Notes: a model not told the origin generated them from the letters alone. 64,000 nucleotides of DNA from Candidatus Heimdallarchaeota archaeon (GCA_018238155.1 JABCTZ010000011.1:72454-136453), one strand, 5' to 3'; positions 38,808 to 49,737 are shown, numbered from the stretch's first letter. A program made the numbers and translations.

Positions 38808-40214
38808 ATGCATAAAGAAATCAAACTGACAGTTAGTGGTACAGGTTTTGTTGGATTAATAACTGCTGGAATATTTGCCGACAGAGGATTTTTAACAACA
38901 GCATTAGATACCGATGAAAATAAAATTGTTACTGTAAATAAGGGAGAAACATTCTTCTTTGAACCATATCTTCCAGAATTAATCAAGCGAGTAGTTTTGG
39001 AGAAAAAAACCTTAATAGCGAGTACAGAAAGGATAAAGTCAATCAAAGAAAGTGATGTTACACTCATTTGTGTAGGTACACCCTCTAAAAGTGATGGAAG
39101 CTGTAATCTAAGCTTTATTGAAAGCGCAGCAGAGGATATTGGAAAAGCACTAGCACAAAAGGAAGGTTATCATCTTGTTGTAGCAAAATCAACTATTGTC
39201 CCTGAGACAACTAGAACATTGATCAAAACAATTATTGAAAAACAGTCCAATAAAAAAGCGGGTGTTGATTTTGGTTTATGTATGAGTCCAGAATTTCTAA
39301 GAGAAGGGCAAAGTGTTCATGATACCATTTTTCCAGATAAAATTGTTATAGGACAATTTGATGAAAAGTCGGGTGAAAAATTGGAAGCAATTTTCCAACA
39401 CTTATATAGAGTTGAAGATGATGACTTTTCCAAAACATGGGGAACAATTTTTGGTAAGAAAGTTTCTTGTCCAAAAATACTGCGTCGTTCAATTGAAACT
39501 GCAGAATGCATTAAATATGCTAATAATTCATTTCTTGCAACAAAAATATCTTTCATCAATGAATTTGCCAATATTTGTGAACGAGTTCCAGGGGTAGATA
39601 TCAAACACGTTGCAGAAGCAATTGGTTTTGACTTTAGAATAAGTGATAAATTTCTGCAAGCAGGAACAGGATTCGGTGGCTCATGCTTCCCAAAAGATGT
39701 AAATGCAATGATTACTTTTGCAAAAGATCATAATTATAGCCCGAAACTATTGGAAAGCGTAATGGCTGTAAATATCCAACAAGCAAAAAGAATGGTTCAA
39801 CTAACAGAAAACGCAATTGGAGATCTAAAAGGGAAACAAATTGCAATTTTGGGTTTGTCATTTAAACCCGAAACTGATGATATGAGAAATGCTCCATCAA
39901 TAAAAATTATTGATGAGTTATTGTCAAAGGGAGCCAATGTAATTGCATGGGATCCTAAAGCAATCGAAAAAGCAAAAAAAGAAAGTGAGCTTAGTGATAA
40001 GATAACTTATGCAAATACTCTCGGAGAAATTTTTGACAATACTGATGCATGCCTCTTAGTGACTGAATGGAATCAATTTAAGAAATTAGAACCAAAAGAT
40101 TTCAAAAAGATGGCAAAACCTGTTGTGATAGATGGGCGAAGGATTTATGATTATAAGAAATTCAGAGAAGAAGGTATTATCTGCGTTGGAATAGGTTTAG
40201 GAGAAATAAAATAA
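38808..40214 (+). CDS. ugd: UDP-glucose 6-dehydrogenase
   Basis: GTGFVGL, CVGTPS, KSTIVP, PEFLREG, KYANN.FLA.KISF.NE, GFGGSCFPKD, DGR. Confidence 0.95.
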   Translation: MHKEIKLTVSGTGFVGLITAGIFADRGFLTTALDTDENKIVTVNKGETFFFEPYLPELIKRVVLEKKTLIASTERIKSIKESDVTLICVGTPSKSDGSCNLSFIESAAEDIGKALAQKEGYHLVVAKSTIVPETTRTLIKTIIEKQSNKKAGVDFGLCMSPEFLREGQSVHDTIFPDKIVIGQFDEKSGEKLEAIFQHLYRVEDDDFSKTWGTIFGKKVSCPKILRRSIETAECIKYANNSFLATKISFINEFANICERVPGVDIKHVAEAIGFDFRISDKFLQAGTGFGGSCFPKDVNAMITFAKDHNYSPKLLESVMAVNIQQAKRMVQLTENAIGDLKGKQIAILGLSFKPETDDMRNAPSIKIIDELLSKGANVIAWDPKAIEKAKKESELSDKITYANTLGEIFDNTDACLLVTEWNQFKKLEPKDFKKMAKPVVIDGRRIYDYKKFREEGIICVGIGLGEIK

Positions 40215-40243
40215 ATTAGCCACAAAAATAAGGTGAATAAGTA

Positions 40244-41194
40244 ATGAATCATAACATTTCATTGACAAAAGAATCCATGAGATATCTAAAAGATTTGAAA
40301 GAAAATGCTGAGAAATATCAAGTAAAAATTTCAACAATAAACGATGCAACTATTATTGATTGTGGAATAAACTGTGAAGGGAGTATTGCTGCAGGATTAC
40401 TCTTTACAAAAATAAGCTTGGGTGGTATAGCAAAGGTAAACATTGATTTTCCTGCTGTGAAAAGTATTCCAATGATAGCAATGCGTGTGGAAACTTCATA
40501 TCCCGTATTGGCAACTATTGGATGCCAGGCAGCAAGCTGGAATATTAACAAAGGTGATTTCTTTGGTATGGCTTGTGGTCCTGGACGTGCAGTTGCTCAT
40601 AAACCATCAAAAATTTACAAATTGATCAATTACAAGGATACTGCATCACAAGCGATTCTTTGTATTGAATCGGACAAATTACCTACTACTGAAGTAATAG
40701 AATATCTTGCAGATAAATGCAAAGTAGAAAAGAAAAATCTAACCTTGTTAATGATAAAAACAAGTTGCTTGATCGAGTATTTACAAATGGCTGCTAGAGC
40801 AATTGAGTTGGGAGTATTCAAACTAGTAGAGCAATTAGGATATCCTCATGAGCGAATTCTCCATGCAATAGGTACAGGTATTGTTGCACCATTATCAATT
40901 GATGATGACCTTTCCAATGATCGAGTAAATAATGCTTTAATTTATGGAACACGATTATATCTGATAATCAAATCAGATGTTGAAGATAATCTAGATGAGC
41001 TAGTAAAGCAAATACCCTCTACTTCATCCCATTCTTATGGCAGGAAATTTCTAGAACTTTTCAAAGAAGCTGATGGCGATTTTTCAAAAATGGATTTAAA
41101 TCTCTTAGCACCGTCTGAAGTAATATTAAATGATGTCAGAACAGGAAAGCTATATCAAGCAGGTAAAATAGATATGAGCTTTATCATGGATTGA
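40244..41194 (+). CDS. mch: Methenyltetrahydromethanopterin cyclohydrolase
   Basis: IIDCGI, GCQAASW, GPGRA, LCIESDKLP, Q.AAR.IE, N.AL.YG, PS..S..YG..F, LLAP. Confidence 0.92.
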   Translation: MNHNISLTKESMRYLKDLKENAEKYQVKISTINDATIIDCGINCEGSIAAGLLFTKISLGGIAKVNIDFPAVKSIPMIAMRVETSYPVLATIGCQAASWNINKGDFFGMACGPGRAVAHKPSKIYKLINYKDTASQAILCIESDKLPTTEVIEYLADKCKVEKKNLTLLMIKTSCLIEYLQMAARAIELGVFKLVEQLGYPHERILHAIGTGIVAPLSIDDDLSNDRVNNALIYGTRLYLIIKSDVEDNLDELVKQIPSTSSHSYGRKFLELFKEADGDFSKMDLNLLAPSEVILNDVRTGKLYQAGKIDMSFIMD

Positions 41195-41264
41195 GTTAGA
41201 ATTCAATCCAACATCATTCTTTTTCTCCTCAAGGAAAACTGGCAATAAAAGTAGATAATTGATT

Positions 41265-41777
41265 TTACTCGACAATTTCAAGTTGTTCTTCTTCTTCTTC
41301 ATCTGTTTTTGGACGTGAATCAATAACTTTGTTAATAATCTCAAGCCCATGCGTAAGTGAATAAGATGACATATCAAAGTGTTTTACACCACTGTCAGTT
41401 AGGAAAACCATCGATTTTATTCTTCTAAGGACAGAATTATGATCTTTCGTTTGGATATCATTTGCTCGTCCAACAGAGATAACGTCTGACCAACTAATGC
41501 GTTCCCACAAGAAACGGTCCCGATAGCGAATTTCTTCTGTATTTACATAAAGTTTTACTGTGGCAATTCGGAGAATTCTCCAAAGAGTAATGAAAATCAT
41601 AACTCCACCAGAGAAAATAATTACAAATTGAGCCATCGTGCTATCATCCAAAAGAATCAATGCACCTGTAATAATAATGATCCCAATTACACAACCAATA
41701 ATTGCTCTAATTGAGCCTAATATTCTTTCCTTAAAATAAGGTGAAAGTTCAATATTGAAGGGTTCATTATTTACCAT
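41265..41777 (-). CDS. Membrane protein with 2 TM + bacterial-PH-like domain
   Basis: Two TM helices then LYVNTEEIRYR...ISWSDV. Confidence 0.6.
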   Translation of the reverse strand: MVNNEPFNIELSPYFKERILGSIRAIIGCVIGIIIITGALILLDDSTMAQFVIIFSGGVMIFITLWRILRIATVKLYVNTEEIRYRDRFLWERISWSDVISVGRANDIQTKDHNSVLRRIKSMVFLTDSGVKHFDMSSYSLTHGLEIINKVIDSRPKTDEEEEEQLEIVE

Positions 41778-42122
41778 TATTGTTTATCTCCTAGTAAAAG
41801 TAACCATTAAATTACTTGTATGTATTTATTATCCTACTATTGTTTAAAACTTTTCATTTAATAGACAATAAAAGCCAAAAAAACCATCCAAAACGCAAAC
41901 AGAACTTGATAAATTATTAAAAAAAAACTCGGTGATAAGATATTGCTGAAAAATATGATGAATATTGACTACTTCATACCATTTATACTATATCTCTAAA
42001 GCAAATGCTGGTCCCAGACAAGTACATTCCTTTTTCTCTCACTATGAATGATCAATAGAAGCTTTTGCAAAAATAATCTATTTCTACTTTGTATCATTTT
42101 GATGCAATGGTAATGTTTATTA

Positions 42123-42140
42123 AGTTTGGTTAACCTAACT
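42123..42140. promoter_or_regulatory. DtxR/IdeR-type metal-repressor box upstream of feoA
   Basis: AGTTTGGTT-AACCTAACT palindrome (8/9) resembling TTAGG-N4-CCTAA, directly downstream of a TTTATTAA TATA-like box. Confidence 0.6.
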
Positions 42141-42182
42141 CAAAATATACTTGTAAATAACATTTTTAACAGGAGCTAAGAT

Positions 42183-42467
42183 TTGAACAATTCTAAAACC
42201 AACGGAAAGCGATACCCAATTGGTTCCAATATTAAGGGTCAAAAGAAAACATTGCTATCTTTAAAAGTTGGAGAAAAAGGCATTGTTGTAAAGATACTTG
42301 GTGGACAAGGTGCTTGCAAACGCCTAAATGAGTTGGGATTTGTTCCTGGAACAGAAGTAAAACTAGTAAACAAAATTTCAAGTGGACCAGTAATGATTCG
42401 AGTAAAAGGATCAAAACTTGCACTTGGAAGAGGATTAGCAAATAAGGTAGAAGTTATTATAAAATAA
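42183..42467 (+). CDS. feoA: Ferrous iron transport protein A
   Basis: RLNELGFVPGTEV...GPVMIRVKGSKLALGRGLANKV. Confidence 0.92.
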   Translation: MNNSKTNGKRYPIGSNIKGQKKTLLSLKVGEKGIVVKILGGQGACKRLNELGFVPGTEVKLVNKISSGPVMIRVKGSKLALGRGLANKVEVIIK

Positions 42468-42497
42468 CTTCAAGATAGAACTTTTTCTTTAACTAGG

Positions 42498-43181
42498 TTA
42501 TACATATTTGAAAGTGCCAGGAAGAGGTTCGAAAATATCTCCTTCACTTTGCAAGGAACGTAATTCAGGTTCGAGTTCTTTTGTACTTAACCCTAATTCT
42601 TTTTTAATACTATCAAAAGTGCATCCATCTTCAAGGTTCTCTTTCTTCTTCAATAATGTAAGAATATGATCTTTGATTTCATCGCTCTCTGAAAGTTTTG
42701 CTTGCTTTTTCATTGCTGTTTCAATACTTTCTGTAGCTTCAGCTGTCAACCCTTTTTTGCGATAGTATCTTGAAATTTCAAGATCTCTTAGAACTTTTAA
42801 AGCTTCATCTTGAACAAGGGCACAAAGTTCACAACTTATGTAGACTTTACCATCAGATGCTTCTCGGATCAATCCAACAATATCTACTGTAGAACCTTCA
42901 ACTAACCCTTTCATTTCTAAATATACTTGACCTGCCCATTCATTGCCCCCACCTTTAACTTTCACAGTTCCAGTTTCATCTTCAACATCAATCAGTATAC
43001 TTTCATCACTCTCAATATCAACTTTTGAGGTGATTTTACCCATGATTCTTGCTCTTCGAACAATATCATTTGTTTTAACGTGTAAAGCTTTGGAACCATC
43101 TTGTTCTGTTGTAAATTCACCTTCAACAATATCTTTAATTTTCATTTTTAGTGCTACTGCGCGTCGCCTACCTGACATCAA
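42498..43181 (-). CDS. RPA32-like OB-fold + winged-helix ssDNA-binding protein
   Basis: R..A.KMKI.DI..G.F, VRRARIMG, VEDETG, C-terminal L..EGDIFEPLPG.FK. Confidence 0.85.
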   Translation of the reverse strand: MMSGRRRAVALKMKIKDIVEGEFTTEQDGSKALHVKTNDIVRRARIMGKITSKVDIESDESILIDVEDETGTVKVKGGGNEWAGQVYLEMKGLVEGSTVDIVGLIREASDGKVYISCELCALVQDEALKVLRDLEISRYYRKKGLTAEATESIETAMKKQAKLSESDEIKDHILTLLKKKENLEDGCTFDSIKKELGLSTKELEPELRSLQSEGDIFEPLPGTFKYV

Positions 43182-43304
43182 AAATCCTCAAATTAGTTTT
43201 ACTTTATTATAAATAATTCACTCGTTAATAAAAAATTCCCAAACTCGAACTAAAAAGATACCGAAAGAAAAAGGAGAGAAATCTCTCCAAGGAATAAATA
43301 GCGC

Positions 43305-44081
43305 CTATTTTATCATCGGTTTGAAAGGTTCTACAGTCTTTAATTTCTGACAAAAATCAAATGCTTTCTTTACTACTTCTTTATCACCAATGAGAAGCAA
43401 AGTAACAGCTCCTTCTGCGCCACCAACTCCACCACTTGCAATATGAAGAACCTCATCTAATTCAAAGAGCGTTTCTAAAGCTTCAATTTCTGTGAATGTT
43501 TCACCAAATATCGGGAAGAGACCAGATTTATATCCATCCACAAAATCAATTTCCTCAATGCCCATATCCTGGGATGTATAGAGAACGGAATGAGTAACTA
43601 GTTTCTCTAAACCAATTGGAATTAAGAGCTCAAAACCTTTAGCTTTCAAAGAACCCCAGAAAGCACCAACAGTACCTCCTTGAGGATGAGCAATAAGCAC
43701 ACCCGCAACACCATCAGGATCAAGAGCATTAGCTCCTTTAACGATAATATCACCTTTGGTCATTTCTTCTAATGCTTGTTGTATAGGCATCTCTTTTGAT
43801 TTACCATTAACGAAAAGAATTTCTGGCAAACGCTTGTCACTTGGACAAGCAGTTAACCGCTCACCTTCGGGGATGATTTGTCCTGCGACATAACACTTTT
43901 TATCAAAAGAAGAGATGGCTAGCATTTCTTGTAAAACATAAGCGTTTGTTGTTCCTCTTGTAATAAAGATTCTCCCTTTTTTCATTTTCTCTTTGATATA
44001 ATCATTGCTTGTAATTCCAACAGCAATCAATTTTTTAGATTCACTGGGTAATAAAGTAATTAATGCTTTAGCAGTAGTCAT
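43305..44081 (-). CDS. Conserved hypothetical protein
   Basis: SESKKLIA, GTTNAYV, KGANALD, GGTVG, PIGLEK, GGVGGAEG look like conserved motifs; function not recognised. Confidence 0.7.
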   Translation of the reverse strand: MTTAKALITLLPSESKKLIAVGITSNDYIKEKMKKGRIFITRGTTNAYVLQEMLAISSFDKKCYVAGQIIPEGERLTACPSDKRLPEILFVNGKSKEMPIQQALEEMTKGDIIVKGANALDPDGVAGVLIAHPQGGTVGAFWGSLKAKGFELLIPIGLEKLVTHSVLYTSQDMGIEEIDFVDGYKSGLFPIFGETFTEIEALETLFELDEVLHIASGGVGGAEGAVTLLLIGDKEVVKKAFDFCQKLKTVEPFKPMIK

Positions 44082-44188
44082 TTCAATAACATCCTTAAAG
44101 TTAGGTTTTTCCTATCTTATTTCTTAGATACTAATAAGACACTTTTTAATTTATTTGATTATTTAATTAAAGTAGAATTAAAATCTAG

Positions 44189-44644
44189 GTGAAAATTATG
44201 AGTGAAACTGAACATAAATACCATGTAATAATGGATATGATTGCTGATAGAGAAGGAAATTTTATTCTTGATGATAAGGATAAACCAGTTATCCGAGTAG
44301 TAACCCCTCCAGAATTTAAAGGAGGAAAACCAGGAAAACACTCTCCTGAGGATCTCTTTGTTGGTGCAGTAGCTGCTTGTAAAATGACCACCTTTTGCGC
44401 GATGGCTGAAAAATTGGATATCGGTTTACAATCATTAAAAGTAGATGCAACAGGATATCTTGGACAAGCTGAAACAAGAGGAATGGCTTTTACTAAAATT
44501 GAAACTCATTTAATAATTGCTATTGATGATGAAGAAAATAGAAAGTCGGCTGAGAAATGTGTTGATTTGACCAAAAAATACTGTCTTATTACTAATTCAA
44601 TAAAATCAGAAACCACACTTACATTTGATATATCAGTAGTTTAA
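44189..44644 (+). CDS. OsmC/Ohr family protein
   Basis: PPEFKGG...SPEDLF.GAVAAC, KYCLITNSIK. Confidence 0.9.
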   Translation: MKIMSETEHKYHVIMDMIADREGNFILDDKDKPVIRVVTPPEFKGGKPGKHSPEDLFVGAVAACKMTTFCAMAEKLDIGLQSLKVDATGYLGQAETRGMAFTKIETHLIIAIDDEENRKSAEKCVDLTKKYCLITNSIKSETTLTFDISVV

Positions 44645-44683
44645 AGGAAAAAAGAGAAAATCTAGAATGTAAAGATACGTGAT

Positions 44684-45265
44684 CTAAACATTCTTTCTTT
44701 TTTTAGTTATTAAGGTTCTAGCAAAAAGAATCACTGAAAAAGTGATTACCAATTCTCCAAGACCAAATGAAAGAGGTGCGGATTTTGTAGAAGTATTTGT
44801 AGTACCTTTTGTCATATTAATTGAGAAATAGAATGTATCTGCAATGGGTTCAAAGATATTATCGTATCCAAGATAATCAATTGAGTCAGGTGCAATTAGA
44901 GCACTACCATTTGTTAAAGAAATTAATAATTCGTACCCTATCAAACCAGTTTCTTCGACAACAGTAAAATTACCATTCCAAACATTCTCAGTTTCTGTAG
45001 TCATAGCAATTTTTGGGAAATGACAAATGAAATCAGGTACCAAAGCACAATATTGTATTTGTATTCCAGAAACATTCGTATCGTCATTAAAAGTAATTTC
45101 AACAGTAACTTTGATATCCTTTGAAATATCAGTTGGACTATGAGATACTGATACTACTGCTATTTCAGCTGAAGCAACCTTCAAGGATGAACTAGTAAGG
45201 AATAATGTTGCAATGATCGCTATTGCGAAAATTGCTATCCATTTTGTATGTTGTTGTTTTTTCAT
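44684..45265 (-). CDS. Secreted, membrane-anchored Ig-like protein
   Basis: Signal peptide, beta-rich domain, C-terminal TM + basic tail. Confidence 0.7.
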   Translation of the reverse strand: MKKQQHTKWIAIFAIAIIATLFLTSSSLKVASAEIAVVSVSHSPTDISKDIKVTVEITFNDDTNVSGIQIQYCALVPDFICHFPKIAMTTETENVWNGNFTVVEETGLIGYELLISLTNGSALIAPDSIDYLGYDNIFEPIADTFYFSINMTKGTTNTSTKSAPLSFGLGELVITFSVILFARTLITKKRKNV

Positions 45266-45303
45266 CTATTTTTACCTCACTTTCTTATTTTGTTATGCTA
45301 TAT

Positions 45304-46758
45304 CTAACTTACACGGAAGTGGTTCCAGAAGAAATATCCAATGAGGAATCCACCTGCAAGAATAAGGAGAGCTCCACTCAATATTTTTACAAACTTTGTC
45401 GAAGCTTGTAATCTATTAATTAATGTTTCTTTTGAAAGACCAACTAGTATAGTAATAATTATCATTGGTAATCCCATTGCTAATGAATAAATCGCAAAGA
45501 TGAGTATTGCTTTAGCAAAAGCACCGGATTCTATCGCACTGAATGACATCGCAAGCAAAATCGGTAAATTACAACCAATTGATGCAAGTGCATACGTAAC
45601 TCCATAGAAGAATAATTGGACAAATTGTGGCGTTTCAGAAGATGTTTTATTTTGAAATTCATTAGTAATTCCATCTTCTCCTTCTGCCATATCATTAGCT
45701 TGTAATTCTAGTTTCTCGACTTCTTTCCTTCTCTTTCTTCGAGTTGCAAGATTATTAATGGCATTAATTGCTTTACTCATATCAAGTGAAACTGGTGTTA
45801 AAGAAATAATTCCTAAAATAACAAGTAAAATTCCTATTGCAAGGGAAATGTATTCAGTAGCATTAGCAAGACGATCTAACCCTTCTCCTACACCTTCACT
45901 TACGGAAGCAACAATGATACCAATTATCATATAGAATAATACAATACCTAAAGCAGCAGCTGTCCCCCAGCTAAGTGATTTCCAGATGCGTCTTTTTATT
46001 GCAGCTTTCTTTTCTTCTTTATCCTTCTTTCCATTTTTCTCTTCTTGCTCATGTTGTTCGTCCCTCATTAACAAATCTAAATTATACGCCATATATCCTG
46101 GCAATAATGGAAATGCACATGGAGAGAAGAAAGACAATACTCCCGCAAAAACTGCAGTTAGCATAGAAAATTCGATACCTGAAGAGATTGGATCTGCAGT
46201 ACCAGCAATTGTTTCGCTGATCTTTTCAGTTAAACCACTACCAGCAGTAAAACCTGTTTCAGCAAGGGTAATATATCCATTAGCATCAATTACTACTGTT
46301 TTTGGAATATCCAATACAGAATACTTTTCAAAAAGATTGTCTGAATCTAATGCAAAATCCCAAGTAGCATTGAAGTTATTTTTAAAAGTAAGCAATTGTG
46401 ATTCAGTATCAGTTGGATCAACATCAATTGACAGTATTACTAAATCATCAGTAAATTCTTCTGAAATTGATACTAATTCAGGCATAAGTTGCTTACAAGG
46501 AGCACATGTTACGCTCATAAAATCTAAAAGAACAACCTTTCCTCTATAATCTGATAAGGTGAAATTCGCTCCTGCAAGGGTAGTTACTGAGAAATCTTGT
46601 GCGGGTTCTGAATTTCCAGTATTTGTAATGAAATAGAATCCTCCGTACCCAAGTCCACCAAGTACAACAATTATAGCAAGTGATATACCGATAATTTTCA
46701 ACCATTTTCTGTTTTTTGATGGGGCAATATTTTCATCACTCATTTGAAACACGCTCAT
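45304..46758 (-). CDS. TlpA/redoxin domain fused to a CcdA (DsbD-like) membrane domain
   Basis: GKVVLLDF..TCAPC; GVLSFFSPCAFPLLPGY; ASIGCNLP. Confidence 0.9.
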   Translation of the reverse strand: MSVFQMSDENIAPSKNRKWLKIIGISLAIIVVLGGLGYGGFYFITNTGNSEPAQDFSVTTLAGANFTLSDYRGKVVLLDFMSVTCAPCKQLMPELVSISEEFTDDLVILSIDVDPTDTESQLLTFKNNFNATWDFALDSDNLFEKYSVLDIPKTVVIDANGYITLAETGFTAGSGLTEKISETIAGTADPISSGIEFSMLTAVFAGVLSFFSPCAFPLLPGYMAYNLDLLMRDEQHEQEEKNGKKDKEEKKAAIKRRIWKSLSWGTAAALGIVLFYMIIGIIVASVSEGVGEGLDRLANATEYISLAIGILLVILGIISLTPVSLDMSKAINAINNLATRRKRRKEVEKLELQANDMAEGEDGITNEFQNKTSSETPQFVQLFFYGVTYALASIGCNLPILLAMSFSAIESGAFAKAILIFAIYSLAMGLPMIIITILVGLSKETLINRLQASTKFVKILSGALLILAGGFLIGYFFWNHFRVS

Positions 46759-46847
46759 TATTTTGTTTTACAATAAAAGCTTAGTGAGATGATTGAGAAA
46801 AAAATAAGCAACTGTCCGTGATTAGAGGACAGTATCTTTAAATTCTT

Positions 46848-48137
46848 TTATTTTTTCTTGGCAAGCCTTTGAAGAGGCACAGCTATAATTCCACTAAGAA
46901 CAAATAATGCTATAATGGTAGGGAGAGCAAAACCTGCAGCACCACTTGTAACAGTGTAATTGAACTCAACAGTAATGTTTTTACCTGAGACATCATTAGC
47001 ATTAACTTTGATGACTAATTCCTCAGCTGGACCAACTTTTAAACTATATAACTTAGCATTATAAGTGTCCCCAACATTGGTCATCACTTGACTCGCGTTT
47101 AACTTACCGTTTGTCCAAATTTCTAATGTTGCACCAAGAACCATAGTATCGTCCGTAATGGTCACATTGATATCGAAAGTCTGTCCATAATCTCCATCTA
47201 TTTCAACAACAGAATCTAAAGTAATTACTGGTGGCGTAGTATCTGGTAATTTAGCAACGTCAACCGTCAATGTATCTGTTGTCTGATTACCTCTGAAATC
47301 TTGAACCACTATCTCTATTGTTGCTGAGGTGATGCTATTTTGTGTTTCATTCCAAATAACAATAGGATCAAGCACAAATTCACATTCGTTCTTGCCTGAA
47401 TCTGGTGACCAGAATTTTCGTCCTTCAGTATAACTTCCCAATGTTAATTCATATTCAACGAAACGTAGTGCATCATCGGTGATATCTACAGAAGCAGTGA
47501 AAGTGCTGTCTAAAATTGATATAGGTTCTACATCTGATTCAAAATTTGACAGAATAGGAGCTGTCTTATCATCCATTGCTAAAAGCTCATCAATAATCCC
47601 CTTAAGTGCTTCTTCTCCACCAAATCCTTCCTCAACGTAGTAAACATATTGGTACTGATTAAATATCATTAATGTAGGAATAGCAGATATCTCATAGTAG
47701 TTACTAATTGAAGCTGTATCTCTAAAGATAAACCAGTTCATGTTATATGTTCCAGCAAACGTTTCAATCGCTGCCTCTTGTTCACTGATGTCAGTATCAA
47801 CACTCATCATTACAAAATCTGGTTCAGCTGCATAATAATCATTGATATTTCTTAGATATGGCATAGCAGCTTTGCAAGGACCACACCACATAGCAAAAAA
47901 GTCTATCAAAACAACTTTTCCTGCGAAACTGGAAAAGGTTTTGCTTGTATCGCTCATAATTTCTTCCATTGTCCAATCAATGGCTTCTTCTCCAGCATTA
48001 ACCAAATTTGGTGTTAAGTCATTTCCTGTTTCAGGATTAGTACTAACACTGTGGATATTTGTTATTTTAAATAAAACTGAAGAAAGCACCAATAGAGTGA
48101 GTAAAATAAAGCTTACTTTTTTCATTCTCATAATCAA
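46848..48137 (-). CDS. Surface-anchored TlpA-family disulfide reductase with Ig-like domains
   Basis: Signal peptide, GKVVLIDFFAMWCGPC, D.T.P Ig starts, C-terminal TM. Confidence 0.85.
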   Translation of the reverse strand: MIMRMKKVSFILLTLLVLSSVLFKITNIHSVSTNPETGNDLTPNLVNAGEEAIDWTMEEIMSDTSKTFSSFAGKVVLIDFFAMWCGPCKAAMPYLRNINDYYAAEPDFVMMSVDTDISEQEAAIETFAGTYNMNWFIFRDTASISNYYEISAIPTLMIFNQYQYVYYVEEGFGGEEALKGIIDELLAMDDKTAPILSNFESDVEPISILDSTFTASVDITDDALRFVEYELTLGSYTEGRKFWSPDSGKNECEFVLDPIVIWNETQNSITSATIEIVVQDFRGNQTTDTLTVDVAKLPDTTPPVITLDSVVEIDGDYGQTFDINVTITDDTMVLGATLEIWTNGKLNASQVMTNVGDTYNAKLYSLKVGPAEELVIKVNANDVSGKNITVEFNYTVTSGAAGFALPTIIALFVLSGIIAVPLQRLAKKK

Positions 48138-48227
48138 TCACATACTCTCTCAACATCAAGAGATTTTATAGCTTTCTATTTTTAACAGTAAAGCTCAATT
48201 AAACTGTCTGATTTAGTTCTTAATAAT

Positions 48228-49589
48228 CTAATCATTTGTTTCAATATCACCAGCTTCTCCCTTAGCAATAGTCTTTTCTTCTACATCTTGTTTTGAATTA
48301 AAAGCTAAGACAAAAGGGATGAGTGTCACTATCAATCCAATACTTGCCAATGAAATGCCAGTATAGAATTCTGCTGTTCTTCTGATGGTTAGCGTTGAAA
48401 TCATTTGAGTTTGTACTTGAAAGTCAATAGAACTATTCCAATCTACAAGAATGAAGACTGAATAGAGTGTAGCTTTTTGAGATAAAACGAAGGAGATTTC
48501 TTGAGTGCTATTTGCTACAACATTATGATGTTTAAGAGAAGAAGCTAAAAAATGATTGACCGTCGTTTGATAGTTAGTAATTAACCAACTATATGATAGC
48601 GAAAGAGATTCATTGTTATATTGATTAAAAATAACCTCTAAACTACCTGCTAAGGTAGAAAATTGCTCACCAGTAGCGATAGCTGCACCAATTGTACAGT
48701 AGGAATTATTTTCCGCAAAATCAGCAGCAAGATTTAAAGAATCTCTCTTATCTAGCTCGAAACTTTGTACAAGACCATAATTTGTTTGTTCTTCAGAGAA
48801 AAAGAGTGTTGAAGTAAATTCCCTGTCTTCAACTCGCTCGAGACGAAGAGCAGGACCTAGTATGATGCCAAATGATAGCAATATTAATCCGAATGCTAAT
48901 AATGGATTTCTAAATTTCTTAATGCTAGTATAGAGTTTCATTGGTTTTTGATATTTTTTAGTCCAATCAATAATTGCCATCATTGGGAAGAAAATAAACC
49001 AAGCAACGAAAATCAGTGCATGTAAGGGAAAATCAGTAATGTAGATATAGATGAATTCTGCACCAAAATACTGAATTCTATCTTCAGGTGAAAGATTTAG
49101 AAAATAAGTACTAATTCCCTCTTTCAAAGAAATGCTTGTCCACTCGAAATTGAATCCTTTGAAAAGCAAAGGAAAATCAAGGTCCCAAATCATATAAGCG
49201 TTAAGATTATACAATCGATTATCAAAAGGATAGAATAATAGAACGGGTCCAGTTGTTAAATCTAGAATGCAATGTAGGAGTATGAATACACCAATAATAA
49301 TAAGACTTCTAGCAAATAAATCAGCTTTTTCTCCTAACGTCTTCTTTTGAATATATTTTGTAACAATAAGCCAGATAATTGTACCAAGGATTAAACCAAT
49401 AGGCCAAACAATCGAATGAAGGTACGTTCTGTGTAAAAAAATGAAAATATCAATATCCGGGAAAAGAGCAAAGAGTGATAAAAGAGCAAAGAGCCCTCTT
49501 TTATCACTGAAAATCTCACGATTCTTCTTTCCTATACCGACCCAAACGAGAAAAGCTTCTAATGCAACATGAGTTGGACCCCAAGTCAA
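48228..49589 (-). CDS. YdjM-like metal-dependent membrane hydrolase
   Basis: TH, FPDID, HRTYLHS, HCILD, LFYPF. Confidence 0.85.
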   Translation of the reverse strand: MTWGPTHVALEAFLVWVGIGKKNREIFSDKRGLFALLSLFALFPDIDIFIFLHRTYLHSIVWPIGLILGTIIWLIVTKYIQKKTLGEKADLFARSLIIIGVFILLHCILDLTTGPVLLFYPFDNRLYNLNAYMIWDLDFPLLFKGFNFEWTSISLKEGISTYFLNLSPEDRIQYFGAEFIYIYITDFPLHALIFVAWFIFFPMMAIIDWTKKYQKPMKLYTSIKKFRNPLLAFGLILLSFGIILGPALRLERVEDREFTSTLFFSEEQTNYGLVQSFELDKRDSLNLAADFAENNSYCTIGAAIATGEQFSTLAGSLEVIFNQYNNESLSLSYSWLITNYQTTVNHFLASSLKHHNVVANSTQEISFVLSQKATLYSVFILVDWNSSIDFQVQTQMISTLTIRRTAEFYTGISLASIGLIVTLIPFVLAFNSKQDVEEKTIAKGEAGDIETND

Positions 49590-49737
49590 AGTGTATCAAT
49601 CCTACAAATAATCTACTATAAGAATAAGTATTACTTATCTTTCAATTATTCGACGAGTTCTTTTCAAACTTGATAGAAAAAATATATATGGCTCCCATGA
49701 ACGAGGAATAATTAATTAAAAGGATAGATGAAATCTC

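Noticed and set aside
45986-46549. 187-aa plus-strand ORF and the many other 60-110-aa overlapping ORFs in the track
   Set aside because: They lie antisense or out of frame within well-supported genes and show no motifs
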